From a virus: a stretch of DNA of 64,000 nucleotides. The notes below the pieces were generated by a model that did not search any database, was not told the DNA's origin, and saw nothing but the letters and a program-made list of their open reading frames with translations. Below are positions 31,959-40,936 of this stretch, piece after piece (position 1 is the first letter of the stretch; every line of letters begins with the position of its first letter). The translations under genes were made by a program, and so were the position numbers. Where the stretch lies: positions 96,001-160,000 of the IMG/VR virus record IMGVR_UViG_3300027906_000002; one strand, given 5' to 3'.

Positions 31959-32495
31959 ATGACAGTTCTCAACGTATTAAGTACCAACAGTGTGGCTGCT
32001 GGTGCTACCGAGTATCAAACGGTACAAACAGGATATTATAGAGTTGGTTCCACAGCAGGAGCTGCTACAGTTTCCTTTAATGGTGGTGCTGCAATTACTT
32101 TAGTTCAAAATGAATTCATTTTAATTAAAGGTGGTAAACCTGGTACAGCAAAGATCGTCAAGGCTATTGATGATGCAACTGCTGATTATTACGTTGGTGA
32201 GCACATTCAAGATACATCACATAATCACCCATTCTCTGTGGGAGATTTTATTGCGATTGTAGATGATAGTACATCTCCAACAATTGATAGTAACTTCCTT
32301 TCTGCTGGCACTGCTGGTAAAAAGATTACTGCAATTTCAACCAATAATGTATTAACTACTGATGTAGATTCTTCTAGTGCTAGTGCTGATTACACCTGGG
32401 CATCAGGTAGGAAAGCATTAATACAACGTGCTGTTAAGATAGTTGCTGCTACAAGTGCAGTTATTGTCGAAGAAGTTCAAGTGGTTGGAGGCTAA
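31959..32495 (+). CDS. Conserved cyanophage hypothetical (probable virion) protein
   Basis: 178-aa ORF with phage-like codon usage, downstream of a late promoter. Confidence 0.7.
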   Translation: MTVLNVLSTNSVAAGATEYQTVQTGYYRVGSTAGAATVSFNGGAAITLVQNEFILIKGGKPGTAKIVKAIDDATADYYVGEHIQDTSHNHPFSVGDFIAIVDDSTSPTIDSNFLSAGTAGKKITAISTNNVLTTDVDSSSASADYTWASGRKALIQRAVKIVAATSAVIVEEVQVVGG

Positions 32496-32496
32496 G

Positions 32497-33165
32497 ATGC
32501 CTCTGGTTAATCAAAAGGCAGAGAAAATTGTTAGGGGTATGAAAAGACGTACCTCCGATTTTAAAAGACTCTATGGGAAACGTGACAAGGAAGTCATGTA
32601 TGCGACTGCCAATAAGTTAGCTCAAAAAGAAAATCTTAAAGTTATGTACTATAAAGACTTTATCAAACTCGTTGAGGGTAACCCTACTACACGAATGCTC
32701 ACCAAGTCTAAGACTAAGGTGACTGGTAATATTTCTGCGGATCGTGGTAGTTCAGAATCCAAGAATCGAGAGAAACGTAAAGGACTTGAAAAGGATTTAA
32801 AAAAGAAAGGTATTGGATATAAGAAGGGTGTAGGTGAATACAAATATAAATCTGATGATGGAAAAGAAGGGACTGGAAGAGAGGTCTCTTACCAAACAAG
32901 TAAACCTGATAAGATGAGTAAGCGTAGGTTTGGTAAAACGATGAGAAGATTAGGACGTAAGCATGGACAGGAATCAGTTATCACTAAGGATAAAAAGAAA
33001 CCTGCAAGACTACATGACACCCAATCCAAGAAACCAGGTAAATCAATTAATCTAGGTAAGTCTGCACCAGGCAAACATCCCAAAGGAGATGGAGAAACTT
33101 CAGGGACTAAAGTCAGGTCAGGTAAACTATCTAAAACTTCTAAAGCAGCATACCATTACAAATAA
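32497..33165 (+). CDS. Strongly basic hypothetical protein (DUF3293-like C-terminal part)
   Basis: Likely start MPLVNQKAEK at 32497, immediately after the upstream stop; very Lys/Arg-rich; ISADRG...LGRKHGQESVI. Confidence 0.65.
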   Translation: MPLVNQKAEKIVRGMKRRTSDFKRLYGKRDKEVMYATANKLAQKENLKVMYYKDFIKLVEGNPTTRMLTKSKTKVTGNISADRGSSESKNREKRKGLEKDLKKKGIGYKKGVGEYKYKSDDGKEGTGREVSYQTSKPDKMSKRRFGKTMRRLGRKHGQESVITKDKKKPARLHDTQSKKPGKSINLGKSAPGKHPKGDGETSGTKVRSGKLSKTSKAAYHYK

Positions 33166-33189
33166 GTAAATTTCTGGTAGGCAAATTAA

Positions 33190-33345
33190 ATGACTGATTC
33201 TGAAAAGAAGTACAGGGAAGAGCTTGATCGCTATAGACAACTCTTAAATCGTCAAGCTAAGCAACAAGAGGAGAAGGGATTAAAACCATATAGTCACCCA
33301 GACCACTATGATAAATTGTGTTCAAAGGAGGATAATAGTAGTTAA
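33190..33345 (+). CDS. Small hypothetical protein (51 aa, not in the ORF track)
   Basis: Hand-translated MTDSEKKYREELDRYRQLLNRQAKQQEEKGLKPYSHPDHYDKLCSKEDNSS; fills the intergenic gap. Confidence 0.55.
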   Translation: MTDSEKKYREELDRYRQLLNRQAKQQEEKGLKPYSHPDHYDKLCSKEDNSS

Positions 33346-33356
33346 TTATACTTACG

Positions 33357-33370
33357 TGCTATAATAAATA
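33357..33370 (+). promoter_or_regulatory. Overlapping extended -10 (TGcTATAAT) and late box (AATAAATA)
   Basis: GTGCTATAATAAATAA upstream of the 33396 ORF and petE. Confidence 0.5.
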
Positions 33371-33395
33371 AGTACATCATTGGGATTGAAAGATC

Positions 33396-33602
33396 ATGCC
33401 CCAGACTCATTATACCGTAGGGTATCACGATGTTAATCGAAAGCATCACGAAATCTGCGAGTACGCTACAGATTCATACGAAGCAATAAAGCATTCACAA
33501 GAGGATGTTCCTATGTTAAAGGAGCATCCTTCTTTTGTTGACTACTGTACTAATAATACAGGGTTAGATTATCTTATGGGCATTGTGCCTATGGGACGTT
33601 AA
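33396..33602 (+). CDS. Small cyanobacterial-like hypothetical protein
   Basis: MPQTHYTVGYHD...EICEYATDSYEA...; good RBS-like context. Confidence 0.65.
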   Translation: MPQTHYTVGYHDVNRKHHEICEYATDSYEAIKHSQEDVPMLKEHPSFVDYCTNNTGLDYLMGIVPMGR

Positions 33603-33605
33603 CTT

Positions 33606-33986
33606 ATGACTACATTAATAATACGTCACAAGCATGAGATTATGTGGTGGATGAGTAGAATAACTATTATGCTTACCGCATTATTCTTATCATTTTCATT
33701 AGCACAATCTGCATATGCTACTGAGATACAAATGGGTTACAATGGCAATCTAGTCTTTGAACCCAATGAGGTTACAGTTAATGCAGGTGAGACAGTTACC
33801 TTTGTTAATAACGCATTACCTCCTCATAATATCATTGTAGATGGTAGAGCAGATCTATCAAGAGAAGCATTGATGTTTAGTCCTGGTGAGACACAAGAGA
33901 TTGTATTTGCTGATACTGGAGACTTTAATTTTAAGTGTGCACCTCATGAAGGAGCTGGTATGAAAGGCGTTATACATGTTAAATAA
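33606..33986 (+). CDS. petE: Plastocyanin
   Basis: Signal peptide ending AQSAYA; LVFEPNEVTV.AGETVTFVNN..PPHN; type-1 Cu ligands in PHN...C-A-P-H-E-G-A-G-M. Confidence 0.95.
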   Translation: MTTLIIRHKHEIMWWMSRITIMLTALFLSFSLAQSAYATEIQMGYNGNLVFEPNEVTVNAGETVTFVNNALPPHNIIVDGRADLSREALMFSPGETQEIVFADTGDFNFKCAPHEGAGMKGVIHVK

Positions 33987-34010
33987 ATAACATTGCCTTG
34001 TATAAATTAA

Positions 34011-34301
34011 ATGGCTACTGTAACACTTAAGTCATCAGACGGTTCAATAGAAACTTTTGAATGTGATGAAGAAACTCCTATATTAGAAGCTGCAGAAGAA
34101 GCAGGTATAGATCATCCATATTCTTGTCGTGCTGGTTCATGTTCTTCATGTTGTATGAAGCTTGAGGATGGTACAGTCAATCAGGAAGATCAATTCTTCT
34201 TAGATGATGATCAATTAGAATCTGGATTTGTTCTTACTTGCGTTGCACTACCAACTAGTGCTACAATAACCTTATTAACAGAGCAAGAAGAAAATCTTTA
34301 A
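34011..34301 (+). CDS. petF: Plant-type [2Fe-2S] ferredoxin
   Basis: PYSCRAGSCSSC...VLTCVA motif. Confidence 0.95.
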   Translation: MATVTLKSSDGSIETFECDEETPILEAAEEAGIDHPYSCRAGSCSSCCMKLEDGTVNQEDQFFLDDDQLESGFVLTCVALPTSATITLLTEQEENL

Positions 34302-35290
34302 TGGCACAATTAAATGATTTCGAGCCCCTCGATTTTAAAAAAGAAGGTATTGTACTTGACTATAAAACTGCTGGCGTTGATATTGATGCTGGTAATAGTT
34401 TTGTAGAAGATCTTAAAACTAAAGTTCCTGGCCTTGGTGGCTTTGGAGGAATGATAAAGGTTCCCGTAGGATACGAGGAACCTATTTTAGTATCTGGAGC
34501 TGACGGTGTTGGAACTAAATTAAACATAGCACAGGTTGCGAATGACTTCACAACCATAGGTCAAGACTTAGTTGCTATGTGTGTTAACGATGTTATTACT
34601 TGTGGTGCTAATCCGTTATATTTTTTAGACTATATTTCTACTCAGAAATTAGATAATAATATAGCAGATATTATGATAGGAGTTTTAAAAGGATGTGAGA
34701 TAGCAGGTATGGATCTCTTAGGTGGAGAGACTGCTGAACATCCAAGACAACTTCATTATGATATGGCAGGGTTCTGTACTGGTATAGTAGATAAGAAGGA
34801 TATTGTAGATGGGTCTGCTATTAAACCAAGTGATAAAGTTATTGGTTTGGCAAGTAGTGGTCTTCATAGTAATGGATATAGTCTTGTTAACTATCTCTTG
34901 ACTAGGCATCAGATATTTTATTCTGAACATCCTGAACTACTTACTCCCACTACCATCTATGCACCTGTAGTTAAGAAACTGTTGAAAGAGTTTGATGATA
35001 TATTTGGTATGGCACATATCACAGGTGGTGGTATTCCTGAGAACTTACCCAGATGCTTACCAAAAGGATTGAAAGTAAATGTAGATTATAATGCATGGTC
35101 TGTACCAGAAATCTTTAAGAAGATTCAACTTAAAGGTAATGTTGAAGAATCTGAAATGAGAAGAGTATTTAACCTTGGTATTGGATACTGTGTAGTTGTT
35201 CCTGATAATATTAAGTATTATGTGATGGATGTTATTAGACAGGAAGGTATTGATTGTTGGGAGATAGGGGAAGTATATGAAGGGATATAG
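34301..35290 (+). CDS. purM: Phosphoribosylaminoimidazole (AIR) synthetase
   Basis: YKTAGVDIDAG, DGVGTK, DLVAMCVND, GGETAEHP, SSGLHSNGYSL, HITGGG, FNLGIG. Confidence 0.95.
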   Translation: MAQLNDFEPLDFKKEGIVLDYKTAGVDIDAGNSFVEDLKTKVPGLGGFGGMIKVPVGYEEPILVSGADGVGTKLNIAQVANDFTTIGQDLVAMCVNDVITCGANPLYFLDYISTQKLDNNIADIMIGVLKGCEIAGMDLLGGETAEHPRQLHYDMAGFCTGIVDKKDIVDGSAIKPSDKVIGLASSGLHSNGYSLVNYLLTRHQIFYSEHPELLTPTTIYAPVVKKLLKEFDDIFGMAHITGGGIPENLPRCLPKGLKVNVDYNAWSVPEIFKKIQLKGNVEESEMRRVFNLGIGYCVVVPDNIKYYVMDVIRQEGIDCWEIGEVYEGI

Positions 35291-35543
35291 TAAAGAAGAT
35301 ATTAAAAGGATCTTGGGATCTTCTTGGCCTACTATGCCTGAAGACTATGAGACTGGTAATGAGATGAGAAAGAGAAAGGGTAGAGAGATGAGAGCAGGGA
35401 AAATACCTTATCCCACATACCCTGCAAAGAAGGTAGGTCCAAACTTTGATGAGAATGGAAAATATATTTACCCTGAAGGTAGTGGGTTTAATTATATGGA
35501 GAGACTGGATCCTAATTCTGAATGGGGTGGTAAAGTATCATGA
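35277..35543 (+). CDS. Hypothetical protein
   Basis: 88-aa ORF overlapping the purM end; RBS-like GGGGAAG upstream. Confidence 0.6.
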   Translation: MKGYSKEDIKRILGSSWPTMPEDYETGNEMRKRKGREMRAGKIPYPTYPAKKVGPNFDENGKYIYPEGSGFNYMERLDPNSEWGGKVS

Positions 35544-35719
35544 CTCAAGTAGTATGGTCAGTAATAATACTATTAACAATACTACTTGCAACTGTCACTT
35601 GGTATATCTACTATATACTTCGTATGGCCTATGCGGAGATGAATGATGGGAGCGATGACACCACCGAGTCGGAAGAGTTGTTACAACTTTCGAGTGACGA
35701 AAATAGACAAGGTGCTTGA
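35540..35719 (+). CDS. Small single-pass membrane protein (59 aa, not in the ORF track)
   Basis: ATGA-coupled to the upstream stop; MTQVVWSVIILLTILLATVTWYIYYILRMAYAEMNDGSDDTTESEELLQLSSDENRQGA. Confidence 0.6.
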   Translation: MTQVVWSVIILLTILLATVTWYIYYILRMAYAEMNDGSDDTTESEELLQLSSDENRQGA

Positions 35720-36107
35720 TGGTGATACTATCGATGTTACTATTGACCTCGGCTTTGATCTATACAAGAAAGAAAGAGTTAGAATTGCAGGAGTTGATAC
35801 GCCAGAGAAGAGAACGAGAGATAAGGAAGAGAAGGCACTGGGAATAGATGCTACCAACTGGTTAAAAGAAAAACTTACTGAGACTATTAAAGGTGATGAT
35901 GAACTCACTATTAGAACTGAACTTAAGGGTGGGGTTGGGAAGTATGGTAGGCTTCTTGGTTGGCTCTATGTTGGCGAATCTACTCTTTCACTAAATGAAC
36001 AAATGATTACAGAGGGTTATGCTTGGGAATATGATGGCGGCACTAAACAGAAAGATTTTGAGGTCTTACGTGAAATTAGGAGATCGTTTGGGACTCTGGT
36101 CGAGTAA
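35643..36107 (+). CDS. Staphylococcal-nuclease (SNase)-like endonuclease
   Basis: KVLDGDTIDV.IDLGF, RVRIAGVDTPE, GKYGRLLGWLY, NEQMITEGYA..YDGG. Confidence 0.88.
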   Translation: MMGAMTPPSRKSCYNFRVTKIDKVLDGDTIDVTIDLGFDLYKKERVRIAGVDTPEKRTRDKEEKALGIDATNWLKEKLTETIKGDDELTIRTELKGGVGKYGRLLGWLYVGESTLSLNEQMITEGYAWEYDGGTKQKDFEVLREIRRSFGTLVE

Positions 36108-36198
36108 CGATCAAGTAACACTCAACATAGAAGGTGTGACCACCAGACGTTTATATGCTGAGTGGATTATAACTAAAGAAGAATACGAGAATGAGTAA
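36031..36198 (+). CDS. Small hypothetical protein (55 aa, not in the ORF track; start uncertain)
   Basis: MMAALNRKILRSYVKLGDRLGLWSSNDQVTLNIEGVTTRRLYAEWIITKEEYENE; its stop overlaps the gp17 start and it fills the 36108-36190 gap. Confidence 0.45.
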   Translation: MMAALNRKILRSYVKLGDRLGLWSSNDQVTLNIEGVTTRRLYAEWIITKEEYENE

Positions 36199-37843
36199 AA
36201 CACAAGAGATATACTTAGGTAATCCTAATCTTAAAAAGGCTAATGTCGCATATGATTTTAGTAAAGATGATGTTGCCGAGTATTTAAAGTGTGCTAAGAA
36301 TCCTGTATACTTTATAAGAAACTATATCAAAATTGTTTCTTTGGATGAAGGTGTCATACCCTTTACCATGTATGATTTTCAGGAAACAATGGTAGAAAGT
36401 TTTCATAAACATAGATTTAATATTGCTAAACTACCTAGACAGTCTGGTAAATCTACAATTGTAACAGCATATCTATTATGGTATGTACTCTTTAATGATA
36501 ATGTAAATGTCGCAATCCTCGCAAACAAAGCAGCCACTGCAAGAGAAATGCTGGGCCGCTTACAACTTTCTTATGAGAATCTCCCTAAATGGATGCAACA
36601 GGGTATTGTCGGATGGAACAAAGGGAGCTTGGAGTTGGAGAACGGTAGTAAGATCTTGGCTGCTTCTACTTCTGCTAGTGCTGTACGGGGTATGTCCTTT
36701 AACATTATATTTCTGGACGAATTCGCATTCGTTCCGAATCATATTGCAGAGCAGTTTTTTAGTTCTGTGTATCCTACTATATCTTCTGGTCAAAAAACAA
36801 AAGTTATTATTATTTCTACCCCTCATGGGATGAATATGTTTTACAAACTCTGGCATGATGCAGAACGTAAAGCAAATGAATATATTCCTACAGAAGTACA
36901 TTGGTCTCAAGTTCCTGGTAGGGATGAGGTATGGAAGGAACAAACTATTAGAAATACTTCTGAACAACAGTTCAGAGTTGAGTTTGATTGTGAGTTCTTA
37001 GGATCAGTTGATACTCTTATTAGTCCAAGTAAGTTGAGGATCATGCCCTATGAGGATCCCATTAAACAAAATAGGGGGTTGGCAGTTTATGAACAAACAG
37101 TTGAAGATCATAACTATATTGTTACTGTTGATGTATCACGTGGTATTGGTGGGGATTACTCTGCGTTTTGTGTCATGGATACAACTACACTACCGTATAC
37201 TTTAGTTGCAAGATATAAAAATAATGAAATTAAACCTATTATATTACCTAACATTATAGTTGATGTAGCTAAGAATTATAATAATGCTTACATACTCTGT
37301 GAGGTAAATGATATTGGAGGACAGGTAGCAGACATCATTCAGTACGATTTAGAATATGAAAATTTATTGATGGTTGCTATGAGAGGTAGAGCAGGGCAAC
37401 AACTTGGACAGGGATTCTCAGGTAAGAAGACACAACTTGGTGTGAAGATGAGTACTGCTGTTAAACAAGTTGGATGCTCTAACCTTAAAGCATTAATAGA
37501 AGATGATAAATTAATCATTAAAGATTATGATACTATTGCAGAATTGACTACCTTTATTCAGAAGGGTCAATCATTCCAAGCAGAAGACGGATGTCATGAC
37601 GATCTTGCTATGTGTTTGGTTATGTTTGCGTGGATGGCTATGCAAGAGTACTTTAAAGAGATGCACGATAATGATGTAAGAGCTAGAATATATGCGGATC
37701 AAAGAGATTCAATAGAACAAGACATGGCCCCATTTGGGTTTATCAATGACGGTCAAGAGGAAGATGTCATCGTAGATGCTCAAGGAGAACGATGGGAAGT
37801 TGCGGAATATGGTGACGTACAACACATGCTAGACTTTAGGTGA
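36191..37843 (+). CDS. gp17: Terminase large subunit gp17
   Basis: YLGNPNLKK, Walker A PRQSGKST, Walker B IIFLDEFAF, nuclease DVSRG...DD.AM. Confidence 0.97.
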   Translation: MSKTQEIYLGNPNLKKANVAYDFSKDDVAEYLKCAKNPVYFIRNYIKIVSLDEGVIPFTMYDFQETMVESFHKHRFNIAKLPRQSGKSTIVTAYLLWYVLFNDNVNVAILANKAATAREMLGRLQLSYENLPKWMQQGIVGWNKGSLELENGSKILAASTSASAVRGMSFNIIFLDEFAFVPNHIAEQFFSSVYPTISSGQKTKVIIISTPHGMNMFYKLWHDAERKANEYIPTEVHWSQVPGRDEVWKEQTIRNTSEQQFRVEFDCEFLGSVDTLISPSKLRIMPYEDPIKQNRGLAVYEQTVEDHNYIVTVDVSRGIGGDYSAFCVMDTTTLPYTLVARYKNNEIKPIILPNIIVDVAKNYNNAYILCEVNDIGGQVADIIQYDLEYENLLMVAMRGRAGQQLGQGFSGKKTQLGVKMSTAVKQVGCSNLKALIEDDKLIIKDYDTIAELTTFIQKGQSFQAEDGCHDDLAMCLVMFAWMAMQEYFKEMHDNDVRARIYADQRDSIEQDMAPFGFINDGQEEDVIVDAQGERWEVAEYGDVQHMLDFR

Positions 37844-37854
37844 GTATTCAAAAA

Positions 37855-37862
37855 TATAAATA
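37855..37862 (+). promoter_or_regulatory. T4 late promoter (TATAAATA)
   Basis: Perfect consensus upstream of gp18. Confidence 0.85.
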
Positions 37863-37905
37863 ATCTTAGTCTAACCAAATCGGGATTTAATCGGAGTTTA
37901 TAAAC

Positions 37906-40152
37906 ATGGCAGCCAATCAATCATCGCCAGGTATAGTTGTTCAGGAAAGAGACCTGACCACTATTACCAGCTTAGCAACAGCAAATGTGGGTGTATTAGC
38001 AGCTCCATTTGAATTAGGTCCTGTTGAAGAGGTAGTTCAGGTCTCGTCTGAAAGAGGTTTGGCAGAAATATTTGGAGAGCCTAACGAGTATAACTATGAG
38101 TATTGGTTTACTGCGTCACAGTATCTTGCATACGGTGGTGTTCTTAAAACAATTAGGGTTGCATCTACTGCACTGAAGAATGGTGTTAATACAGGTACTG
38201 CTCCACTGATTAAAAATATTGATGATTATGAAGCAAATTACGAGGCTAGTGCTAACGGTTGGGAATTTGCTGCAAGAACTCCTGGTAGTAAAGGTAACTC
38301 GATTGGTGTATTTGTAACAGATGCTGGTGCTGACCAGATTGCTGTTCTCCCTGCTCCTGGTTCAGGTAACGAGCATGAGTTTGTAGCAGACGCTGCAGTA
38401 TCTGCTGCTTCTGGTGCTGCTGGTAAAGTATTTAAATATAGTATATTATTAACAGTTGATACTGTTGTTGGATCATTTACTCCTGGAGCAACTACAACAA
38501 TTAACATTGGTGGTTCTCAAGAATCAGTTGATGTTCTTGCTTATGACGCTGCTAATAAGAAACTTGAAATTGGTCTTCCTAGTGGTGGTGTAACAGGTAT
38601 TCTTACTGATGATCAAGTAATCACACAGGGTACTAACACTGCTGCAATTAATGCAACTATCGAACGTCGTCTATACGTTGGTTTAGATAACGCTAGTATT
38701 GAGTTTGTTGCTACTGATAGCATTCAAGATACTAACTCAACCGCAATTGCAATAGATTCAGTTCGTGGTGAGTACGCAGAGCGTGAGTATCTTCCTGGAT
38801 TTAAGTGGATTAATGCTGGTGTCCGTCCTGGAACTTCTCAGTATGCAACAGCTGCTGGTGGTAGAAACGATGAAATTCATGTTCTTGTAATTGACGTTGA
38901 TGGTAAAATCACTGGTACTGCTGGTGCAGTTCTTGAGAAATTTGTTGGTCTATCTAAAGCAGTTGATGCTAAGACTTCAGTTGGTGAAACAAACTACTAC
39001 CCAACAGTAATTAAGCAAAGATCTGGTTACATCTATTGGGGATCACACGAAGCAACAGGATTTGCTGCAACTGGTACTTCATCTGATGGAGATTGGGGTC
39101 AGGATGCTGCACGTCAGTTTAACTTACTACGTTCATCTGGTGGTACTACAGATTTCCCTGGTGGAGTTACAACAGTTGGTTCTAAAAATAATGCAACATG
39201 GTACTATCGTTTAGTAAGTGGTGCTGACTATACAGTTGCTGGAACTAACTATACTGTAGGTAGTTCTGATGTTCAATCAGCATATGAATTAGTTTCTGAC
39301 CCTGAGTCACAAACAATCGACTTCATCCTTACTGGACCTTCTGGTGCTGATGATGCTTCCGCTATCGCTAAGATAACTTCACTGGTTAACATCGTTGAAG
39401 AGCGTAGAGATTGCATGTTATTTGTTTCTCCACGTAGAGCAAACGTTGTTGGTGTAAGTAACACAGGTACTGCAACAAATAACCTTGTTGATTTCTTTGA
39501 TCAACTTCCAAGTTCTTCTTACGTTGTATTCGATTCTGGATACAAGTACATGTATGACAAGTACAATGATGTATATCGCTACGTTCCATGTAACGGTGAC
39601 ATTGCTGGACTATGTTTACAGACAACAGAAGTTGCAGAACCTTGGTTCTCACCTGCTGGTTTCCAACGTGGTGGTATAAGAAATGCAATCAAACTTGCAT
39701 ACACACCTAACAAGACTCAGCGTGATACACTATACAGTTCAAGGATTAACCCAATAGTCGCATTCCCAGGACAAGGAATTGTTCTTTACGGTGATAAGAC
39801 TGCACAATCATTTGCTAGTGCATTCGACAGAATTAACGTTCGTCGTCTGTTCCTTACAATTGAGCGTGTTATTGGTGGTGCTGCTAAGTCACAACTCTTC
39901 GAGCAAAACGATGAAGCACAAAGAGGTTTATTCCTTAACATCGTCGAACCATACATGAGAGATGTACAAGGTCGTCGTGGTGTAACTGACTTCTTAGTCA
40001 AGTGTGACGAGAGTAATAACCCAGCTGATGCAGTTGATCGTGGTGAATTCTACGCAGAAGTATATGTTAAGCCAACACGTACTATCAACTTCATTACACT
40101 AACATTTGTTGCTACACGTACAGGTGTTTCCTTCGCTGAGGTTGCAAGCTAA
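37906..40152 (+). CDS. gp18: Tail sheath protein gp18
   Basis: SPGIVVQERDLT, PWFSPAGFQRG, FDRINVRRLF, KPTRTINFITLTFVATRTGVSF.E. Confidence 0.97.
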   Translation: MAANQSSPGIVVQERDLTTITSLATANVGVLAAPFELGPVEEVVQVSSERGLAEIFGEPNEYNYEYWFTASQYLAYGGVLKTIRVASTALKNGVNTGTAPLIKNIDDYEANYEASANGWEFAARTPGSKGNSIGVFVTDAGADQIAVLPAPGSGNEHEFVADAAVSAASGAAGKVFKYSILLTVDTVVGSFTPGATTTINIGGSQESVDVLAYDAANKKLEIGLPSGGVTGILTDDQVITQGTNTAAINATIERRLYVGLDNASIEFVATDSIQDTNSTAIAIDSVRGEYAEREYLPGFKWINAGVRPGTSQYATAAGGRNDEIHVLVIDVDGKITGTAGAVLEKFVGLSKAVDAKTSVGETNYYPTVIKQRSGYIYWGSHEATGFAATGTSSDGDWGQDAARQFNLLRSSGGTTDFPGGVTTVGSKNNATWYYRLVSGADYTVAGTNYTVGSSDVQSAYELVSDPESQTIDFILTGPSGADDASAIAKITSLVNIVEERRDCMLFVSPRRANVVGVSNTGTATNNLVDFFDQLPSSSYVVFDSGYKYMYDKYNDVYRYVPCNGDIAGLCLQTTEVAEPWFSPAGFQRGGIRNAIKLAYTPNKTQRDTLYSSRINPIVAFPGQGIVLYGDKTAQSFASAFDRINVRRLFLTIERVIGGAAKSQLFEQNDEAQRGLFLNIVEPYMRDVQGRRGVTDFLVKCDESNNPADAVDRGEFYAEVYVKPTRTINFITLTFVATRTGVSFAEVAS

Positions 40153-40177
40153 ATAATTTCGAGTTCGAGATGGATTC

Positions 40178-40205
40178 AAATAGCGGAGTTTTCTCCGCTA
40201 TTTTT
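40178..40205 (+). terminator. Rho-independent terminator
   Basis: AAATAGCGGAG-TTTT-CTCCGCTATTT followed by TT. Confidence 0.85.
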
Positions 40206-40267
40206 ATGTCTAAAAATATTAATAATACTAAATATAAACGAAAGGTTTTAACGTTAGGAATTTTCTC

Positions 40268-40885
40268 ATGGCTCAAAGAGGTAATATTGATACATTCAAA
40301 TCGAATGTATACTCAGATTTCGCAAGACCCAATCTGTTCCAGGTGGATATAAATTTTCCTACTGACATTGGAGTAACTAATGCAGCAGCATTAAAAACAT
40401 TAGGAAACTTTGTTGTTAGAGCAGCGAACTTACCAGCATCACAGATAGGTGTTGTTGAAGTTCCTTTTAGAGGACGTGTTTTGAAACTTGCTGGAGATCG
40501 TACATTTGAACCTTGGACAATTACAATTCAGAACGATAGCGACTTTCAATTGAGAACTGCATTTGAAACTTGGATGCAGAAGATACAAGAGTATGATGAA
40601 AACTATACTGCTGTTGCAACATCTACTACTAGTACTAGTAATACAGTTGGTTACTTTGCAGATATGGATGTTCATCAGTTATCTAGAAATGAAAAAGGTA
40701 CTGCTAGTGGAACTACTGGAGGACAAGATACATCACATAAAGTGATTAAGTCTTATAAGTTCTTCCAATGCTTCCCAAGCAATATTGCAGCAATAGATTT
40801 GGACTTCGGAAATAATGATGCTGTTGAAGAATTCACTGTAGAGTTACAAGTCCAGTACTGGAAGCCAACAGCAGTTGCTTCATAA
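40268..40885 (+). CDS. gp19: Tail tube protein gp19
   Basis: ARPNLFQV, VPFRGRVLKLAGDRTFEPWTITI.ND, FP.NI.AIDL....NDAVEEFTVE. A CTAAATA box lies at 40228-40234. Confidence 0.95.
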   Translation: MAQRGNIDTFKSNVYSDFARPNLFQVDINFPTDIGVTNAAALKTLGNFVVRAANLPASQIGVVEVPFRGRVLKLAGDRTFEPWTITIQNDSDFQLRTAFETWMQKIQEYDENYTAVATSTTSTSNTVGYFADMDVHQLSRNEKGTASGTTGGQDTSHKVIKSYKFFQCFPSNIAAIDLDFGNNDAVEEFTVELQVQYWKPTAVAS

Positions 40886-40936
40886 GTAGCGTTCTGGAAA
40901 TTGTCTAAATAGAGTAGGAACAATAAGTTTTAAATA

